From the sequence record PQ287644.1: DNA of 64,000 nt; one strand, 5' to 3'. How positions within the stretch are numbered: the first letter of the stretch is position 1; every line of letters starts with the position of its first letter. Of the stretch, positions 58,218 to 64,000 are shown piece by piece. The notes beneath the pieces are model-generated. The model saw nothing but the letters and a program-made list of their open reading frames with translations. It was not told the DNA's origin and ran no database searches. Made by a program: the position numbers and the translations under genes.

Positions 58218-59658
58218 ATGAAACCGACTAACATTACCCTCTTAGACCCCCGGACGATTGTTCCGGGTGTCTTTAAACCTATTACGTCTACGGACTCATT
58301 TGAAGGGATGACTCAGAACCTCAATGATGATGGTCTCTTCTCCCTTGACATCTTCGGTAAACTGGGTAGTAAACAACGTGATAACACGGAAGCGTATATC
58401 GACGTTAAACTTCCCATCTTCAATCCCACTTACCTAAAAGCCCTTATACAGATCAAAAGTCTGTATCATTCAATTTTGAAAGGATCGGAATACGCGGTAT
58501 GGGATCCCGAACTGAAGGATTTCATAAAATCGAACATCCTGGAAGGGGAAAAGGGTTTCGCTTTCTTCCTGAAACATTTTGATGAAACCGTCTTCTCCCT
58601 GACCCCCTCTCATAAACGCAAACAACGGGTGGAACTGGCGAACCAATTCCGTAACACGGCGTTAACGGATAAGGTCCTGGTCATCCCCGCGGGTCTCAGG
58701 GATATCCAATTCAATCCAGATGGTTCCCACACCGAACCTGAAATCACCGAATTCTACCGCGCCTTAATGTTCCGGGTGAGGGTGATCCTCGGGAATAAGG
58801 AAGATGCCCTGAACCCCCTTTACGATACCGTTCGGTGGGGGGTACAGAATGCTTTCTTGGAATTGGATAATTACCTCTTTGGTTTACTCCAGGGGAAAGG
58901 GGTGTTCTCCAGCGTCGTATGTCCACCCGGGGGTTCACAACAGCACCCGGAACGTCATTACCGCCCGTAAAGTCTCCAGGACACGTTTAGACTTCGACGA
59001 CGGTGTAGGGCCTAACTCTGCGGACATGGGACTCTACCAAGCCCTGCTGAACTTCCCTTATGTCTGCATCAACGCGTTAACCAACGGCTACCTTTCCAAC
59101 ATCTTCACCCCCAGCTCTCAAACCGCTAAGCTGGTTAATACCAAGACCCTGGAATACGAATACGCTGAAGTCTCCCCCGATGTGGTAGAGAAATGGACTA
59201 CTGCCACTGGGTTAATGAAACTCTTCAACGGGTTTGCTGATCCCTCCCTACGGAGTAAACCCATTGTCATTGAGTGGAGATACTTAGCCCTCATTTATGA
59301 TGATGGGGCTGATGTGTGTGTTCTACATGACATCAACGATCTCCCTCAAGGGAAAGACCGTAAACGGGTGAAACCTATCACCTACATGGAACTCTTCTAC
59401 TTGAGTTGTCACAGTGTCATCGAAGAACAGATCACGGGACAAACCCGGTATCCCATTACGGGAATTGGTTCTATCTTCCCGGCTAAGGTGAACCTACGCA
59501 CCACCACCAATGCGAGCCAGAGGGTGATCCGTAATCCGATTGATTGGAGTGTACGGGAAACCTGTAAACGGTTCCCTAAACGCGAAGCGCATCCCGATTA
59601 CTTCGATGCCATGTCCGTAGACCCCTCTAGAGAAGCTTTGCTCGACAGTGACCATGAT
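58218..59658 (+). CDS. rpoC: Virion RNAP beta-prime N-terminal subunit, exon 1 (two apparent 1-nt shortfalls at 58899-58902 and 58929-58933)
   Basis: DGLFSLDIFG, VLVIPAGLRD, reconstructed GKGGVLQRRMSTRGVHNSTRNVI, ends LDSDHD. Confidence 0.85.
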
Positions 59659-59688
59659 TAGATAGTGATGCATGATATAAACTCACTA

Positions 59689-59740
59689 TACAACTCCTAT
59701 TGTATGCGGAAGTGTTCGCATTCGACCATAAGGAGTTGTA
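59689..59740 (+). promoter_or_regulatory. RBS-sequestering hairpin with internal TATG for the intron endonuclease
   Basis: TACAACTCCT 59689-59698 pairs perfectly with AGGAGTTGTA 59731-59740; TATG at 59703-59706. Confidence 0.7.
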
Positions 59741-59743
59741 AAG

Positions 59744-61015
59744 ATGCTAACGTGTTTTGGAAAGAAATACGTGTTGTCTACAACTAACACGGTTTACAAT
59801 GTCACCGATAAGACAGATGTTCCAGTCCATCGGATGACAGACGGGAATACGTTCTTCATCGCACGGGGCGATGGGGACGAACTGGTTAAGATCAAACTGG
59901 GGTTAATGATCCTCCATGGAGAAGGAAAGTTCCATCTTCCTATCTCTGAATGGGAACAGGTGAAAGTAGGTTTTCTGGATGACGATACAGGAAACTTTGC
60001 AGCGGATAACCTTTACTTGGTCTATCCTGAAGAGGGTATCCCTTACCCTGAACTTTCCGGGTACTACTACATCCCTGGGTTTGAACTCAACGCGATCAAC
60101 CGAGATGGTGTGGTATACCGAACACTTAGAAAGAATCTTTACCCACCGTATCTGGGTGGTAAGACCGTTCCTAACAGTTTCTACCCCTTTGTTCGACTGG
60201 ATGTGGTCAGTGGGGATGAACGCAAGTATGTCCACCGGTTACTGGCGGAGACCTTCGGTAAACCGCCTAAGGGCTACCCCAAGCTACTGGTCGATCATAA
60301 TGACGGTAACAAGATGAACTTCAAGCTCTTTAACTTGATTTGGGTTACCGCTAAGGACAACTCCTTCAAAGCGTACAACAATCAAGAAGCGAGAGCGGAC
60401 AATAATCCCCTGGAGGTTTTTGACAGGGAATTAGGTCAAGTCTTTAAGTACGTCAGTCAAAATGAGTTTGCTAGAACCATGGAGGTGGATTCTTGGTGCA
60501 TTGGTCTGGTGCTCAAACGTCCTCGCTCGGTGTACAAGAACAGGTACGTTCTTCGTCGGAAGGGAGATACACGTGACTTCCAAGAGATCTGGGACTATAA
60601 GCCCCCTGTGGGTAAGAAGATCCTTGCCCGGAATGTCTTCACCGGTGAAATCACGGTGTATAATTCATTGGCGGAGGCCTCTAGAGCAACACAGGTAGGG
60701 ACAACAGGCATCCTGACGTCCCTGAGTAACACCAACCCGAGATCCGCCTTTAAAGACCTTCAATTCAAGCGGGAGTCTGACGAGACCCCTTGGCCCGATT
60801 TGAATGAATACGAACTGGAATGCATCCGGCGCAAGATGCACCCTGCTACAGCTGTGTATGAAATGTTTGATTCGGTAACCCAGGAGACGTCGATTGTGTA
60901 TGGCGTTGATGCAGTTACCCGAATCACCGGAGCCAATCCCCGTACCGTTATCGTTTGCGCACGAGAAGGTAAGTTGCTCCATTCCCGTTATCGTTTCAAG
61001 AAACTTACACGTTAA
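59744..61015 (+). CDS. Intron-encoded HNH homing endonuclease
   Basis: YVHRLLAETF...VDHNDGNKMNFKLFNLIWVTAKDN; three NUMOD1-like C-terminal repeats. Confidence 0.9.
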   Translation: MLTCFGKKYVLSTTNTVYNVTDKTDVPVHRMTDGNTFFIARGDGDELVKIKLGLMILHGEGKFHLPISEWEQVKVGFLDDDTGNFAADNLYLVYPEEGIPYPELSGYYYIPGFELNAINRDGVVYRTLRKNLYPPYLGGKTVPNSFYPFVRLDVVSGDERKYVHRLLAETFGKPPKGYPKLLVDHNDGNKMNFKLFNLIWVTAKDNSFKAYNNQEARADNNPLEVFDRELGQVFKYVSQNEFARTMEVDSWCIGLVLKRPRSVYKNRYVLRRKGDTRDFQEIWDYKPPVGKKILARNVFTGEITVYNSLAEASRATQVGTTGILTSLSNTNPRSAFKDLQFKRESDETPWPDLNEYELECIRRKMHPATAVYEMFDSVTQETSIVYGVDAVTRITGANPRTVIVCAREGKLLHSRYRFKKLTR

Positions 61016-61430
61016 CGAGTTTATATCCATCACTTAGTCCGGCTAGGCACGAAAGTCCTAGACCGTATTCCTCTGAATTGCTGGGAGTTCACAAAAGTCT
61101 GTTGGCTACAACGTAACTGGAAACAGTAAGCGTGAATGCGACCGAAAGGTAGAAAGAACAACAGACCTGACCTACGCTAACCAATACGGCTAAGGGTCGT
61201 AAACAAGGGACAATCAGCCGCTAAGACGCTACCGGGTATTAGACCCTATGCGTAAAGTTCAACGACTAAGGGAGTTATGACCCTGTACACCTACCAAGGA
61301 AGGGGGTGGAAGTGGAGGTGACCTAAGGGGGAATAGACCTATTCCCTACGGTCAAGATATAGTCTGGCCCTGTTTAATAAACAGGCAGGCACCTGAGCGT
61401 GCCGGGTCCTAGTATGGACTGACCACCGCG

Positions 61431-61613
61431 GGCGATCAATTGTCGAGCCATTCTGTTGTAGCGGAAGACAGCAAACAACAGGCCTACGAACTCTTTGGGA
61501 AACGGGAGTATTACATCAGTGGTACGGGTCGGTTTTTGTACGATCCGATCAATGAACCGATTCTCTTTATGTTTAAAGCAGCGACAAGCGGCTTAGAGGA
61601 TATTGAGGTATGA
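61431..61613 (+). CDS. rpoC: Virion RNAP beta-prime N-terminal subunit, exon 2
   Basis: GGC GAT CAA... completes D-H-D/G-D; 60 codons then TGA overlapping the next ATG. Confidence 0.85.
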   Translation, partial: GDQLSSHSVVAEDSKQQAYELFGKREYYISGTGRFLYDPINEPILFMFKAATSGLEDIEV

Positions 61614-64000
61614 GCAATCCAATTACGTATTCCGAGTTCTTTAAGCACTTTGTGCTGCGTAAGAAACAAGACGTTGTAAACCCTAAAGTCCTGGGTATTG
61701 GTGAAGTGATCCTTCCTAAGGGGAGTTTACTGCACTTCGTACCGAAGACGATTAATGAAAAAGGCCCTGGTAGTAGTGAAGCGTTTATCAGTAACTTCCC
61801 TAAAGAGGTCTTTATTGAGTTTGTGAGGGACGGGTATAAGCCGGTGATGGGGCATGGGCGTACAGTCGCTTATGACTACCCTAAGGCGGTTAAGGCGTAC
61901 CGAGCGAGTCACTACATGTACAGCTGGGTGCGTGAGATCAGCTCGGTGTACAACAAAGAGAACGTGCTGGTCGTTAAGAACTACGGGATGATCCCCCAGG
62001 GGTTCGTTTACCGTCCGAGTATTTTCGTGAATTATGAAAAATACTACAACATGATGCACCTGCTCATTGAGAACGTCAATGCGGAAGCCGAGAAAGGGGT
62101 GCGTCGGCAGTATATGCGGATTGACCTGCCGTTGAACCTGCCGTCCCTGGTTGAGCTTGAGAAAGACTACGGGCGGTTTATCGATGGGTTTAAGGATGGG
62201 TATCCTGTCCTGATGCGCAATATGCTGGAGAGTACGAAGGCTGAGAACTGCTATTGGCTGTTGGACCTACTGGGGTTCCTGTTTGGTCAGTATTCGTTCA
62301 GTTTGTTCGGTAAACTCACCGACCAGGCGTATAAGGATTTGCATATCCTCTTTACGTCTCAAAGTAAAGTCATTGTGGTACAACTGGGGCTGTTGAAGGG
62401 TTGGTTAGATGAGACAAATCCTAAAGACGAGAAAACCTACCCCTCTGCTCGGAAAGAGTTTGAAAGTCTGAAGACATTGACCCGCCATAATGCGGTTAAA
62501 CGTTTCTATTTGGCTTTGATGAATCTTTCTCGTGGAGGCGTTCCTGAGAATGTACTCATTAAAGAGGAAACGAAAAATGTCATCCCAATTGCCGGAGAGA
62601 AAGGTACCGTTGACCAAGTGGCTGCGGGAACGTCACGAGAAGAAGAAGAAGAAACATCCAATCTTCCAGAAACCCGAGACCATACTGGCTCGGGCACGGT
62701 TCCCCGTGCTGATCGTCCTGCTGGTTCTATCCTTGATGTTTTCAGCCGAAGTGAAGGACCTAGCGAGGCACATGACGAAGAGCAAGACACAGCGGGAGAA
62801 CGAGGTGTTGATTCAAATCTTGAAGAGTGGACATCGCCGGTAGATGATGAACTGCTGGAGGTGGAGAAAGTCCAAACCGAGATCAATACCAACAAGAATG
62901 TGTTTAAGACGCCTGAGAGTGGTGTAAAGCGGGCGTTGGAGGAGCGGGCTAAGGAAGGTACGCTGACGGTGGCTGAACATGATTTCTTCATGCGTAAAGC
63001 GACCCGTTATCAGCACATTGAGATGGAGAACGGTCAAACGTTCGAAGAGTTCATTCAGATCAAACCCGAAGAGGTTAAAGACCTGGGTGGAGAGATTGAA
63101 GGTGAGTTTCTCCCCGTACTGGATGAGAGCATGTTGCGGAGTCGTGCCAAATCCCTCAAGATCGAATATCCTCAGAAGTTTTTACACCGGGATATTGGTC
63201 GAATGGTGTTGGGTCTTCAGAACGCTGGCTTTGCGATGAACGACTACCGGCGTGAGAAGGTCGTCAGCGTAGAAGGCAGTTACGAGGTCCACAGCATTCA
63301 GTTGCACGAAGTCAATGGTGATCAGGTCACTGTACATACTCGGCTACCTACGGTGCTGAAAGACGGCACCTACGTCATTGATGGTGTTAAGCAACACATG
63401 CAACTGCAACGTCGGGAGAAACCCTTCCGGAAGATCAGTCCTCGGGAAGTGGTACTGTCGAGCTACTACGACCGTAAGCTCATGGTGAGTCGTAGTCCGA
63501 AGATGGTGGATAACCTCTCTACGTTCATGGTGAAGCAAATCTCCCTCCAGAGTAAGCGGAAAGGCTATACGGTCACTAAAGGCAGTACCTGGGATCGTTC
63601 CCTTAAAGCCCCCCGGATTTACAGCATTCTGGCTCGTCAGTACAAGTACATTACTGTCGACGGGTTGGTATTGGACTTCCGGTTGAAGGATCTCCTGGAA
63701 CTCCACCCTGAGTTCAAAGCCTATACCCGCCCTGATCGGTTCTTGATCGGGGTAAAAGACGGATTACCCTTGATCATTGATGATTACGGTAACCTGTACA
63801 AAGGGGAAGAGGAACTCGGTACTGTTGAAGACTTGCTTGGTATTGATGTTCGTAAAGCGCCTTTGGAACACGTGGTGATTAACATCAGCGGGTACTCGTT
63901 CCCGTTGGGGGTGGTTCTTTGCTTCTACTTCGGTATTGATGAACTACTGCGTGTGATTAAAGCCACGACGCGTTCAGTACCCGTAGGGACCCGTCCTAAA
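61610..64000 (+). CDS. rpoB: Virion RNAP beta large subunit (phiKZ gp178-like), 3'-truncated by window
   Basis: MSNPITYSEFFKHF...; frame stays open to the window end; GTYVIDGVKQHMQLQRREKP resembles RpoB GTFxINGxERV; synteny. Confidence 0.75.
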   Translation, partial: MSNPITYSEFFKHFVLRKKQDVVNPKVLGIGEVILPKGSLLHFVPKTINEKGPGSSEAFISNFPKEVFIEFVRDGYKPVMGHGRTVAYDYPKAVKAYRASHYMYSWVREISSVYNKENVLVVKNYGMIPQGFVYRPSIFVNYEKYYNMMHLLIENVNAEAEKGVRRQYMRIDLPLNLPSLVELEKDYGRFIDGFKDGYPVLMRNMLESTKAENCYWLLDLLGFLFGQYSFSLFGKLTDQAYKDLHILFTSQSKVIVVQLGLLKGWLDETNPKDEKTYPSARKEFESLKTLTRHNAVKRFYLALMNLSRGGVPENVLIKEETKNVIPIAGEKGTVDQVAAGTSREEEEETSNLPETRDHTGSGTVPRADRPAGSILDVFSRSEGPSEAHDEEQDTAGERGVDSNLEEWTSPVDDELLEVEKVQTEINTNKNVFKTPESGVKRALEERAKEGTLTVAEHDFFMRKATRYQHIEMENGQTFEEFIQIKPEEVKDLGGEIEGEFLPVLDESMLRSRAKSLKIEYPQKFLHRDIGRMVLGLQNAGFAMNDYRREKVVSVEGSYEVHSIQLHEVNGDQVTVHTRLPTVLKDGTYVIDGVKQHMQLQRREKPFRKISPREVVLSSYYDRKLMVSRSPKMVDNLSTFMVKQISLQSKRKGYTVTKGSTWDRSLKAPRIYSILARQYKYITVDGLVLDFRLKDLLELHPEFKAYTRPDRFLIGVKDGLPLIIDDYGNLYKGEEELGTVEDLLGIDVRKAPLEHVVINISGYSFPLGVVLCFYFGIDELLRVIKATTRSVPVGTRPK

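Larger units (their letters stand above)
59659..61430 (+). mobile_element. Group I intron interrupting the RNAP catalytic motif
   Basis: P AATTGCTGGGAG 61076, Q AATCAGCCGC 61212, R GTTCAACGACTAAG 61257, S AAGATATAGTCT 61354; P7 GACTA/TAGTC; exon ends in T, intron ends in G. Confidence 0.9.

Noticed and set aside
58849-58970. Single programmed +1 frameshift joining the two RNAP ORFs
   Set aside because: The RpoC-homologous peptide lies in the third frame, so two separate -1 corrections are needed
62500-62900. Acidic low-complexity stretch in the RNAP beta gene as an intein or insertion element
   Set aside because: No intein terminal motifs; reads as a disordered linker
1-64000. tRNA, rRNA or CRISPR array
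   Set aside because: No cloverleaf with T-loop and acceptor stem, and no regularly spaced direct repeats found by eye; intergenic hairpins behave as terminators. tRNAscan-SE would be decisive

Overview
This is a 64 kb slice of a phiKZ-like (nucleus-forming type) jumbo phage genome, apparently a close relative of Pseudomonas phage EL. The 558-aa GroEL-like chaperonin at 13001..14677 matches my recollection of EL gp146 almost residue for residue; this needs a BLAST check. The left part (1-19.3 kb) and 27.9-30.3 kb are plus-strand accessory/early genes behind a recurring promoter motif, including RNase HI, a DHH phosphoesterase, an Acb1-like 2H phosphodiesterase, two GNATs, the chaperonin and an Arc-like protein. 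A minus-strand receptor-binding module at 19.3-27.8 kb has a collagen-like repeat fibre, an SGNH esterase spike, two Kelch proteins and a fibre chaperone. The right half is the conserved core: SNF2 helicase with a class 3 intein, an RNase H-fold protein, RecA/UvsX, split virion RNA polymerase subunits, tail proteins, a 2543-aa tail protein with GH19 and M15-like domains, a free-standing HNH gene, and a group I intron carrying a second HNH gene that splits the RNAP catalytic DxDGD motif. Most novel-looking: both HNH genes have their Shine-Dalgarno locked in a perfect stem with a TATG late-promoter motif inside the loop, and the Kelch/collagen/SGNH fibre module looks modular. Several genes are broken by single-base shortfalls in G/C homopolymers, most likely sequencing errors. 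No tRNA, rRNA or CRISPR array was seen.
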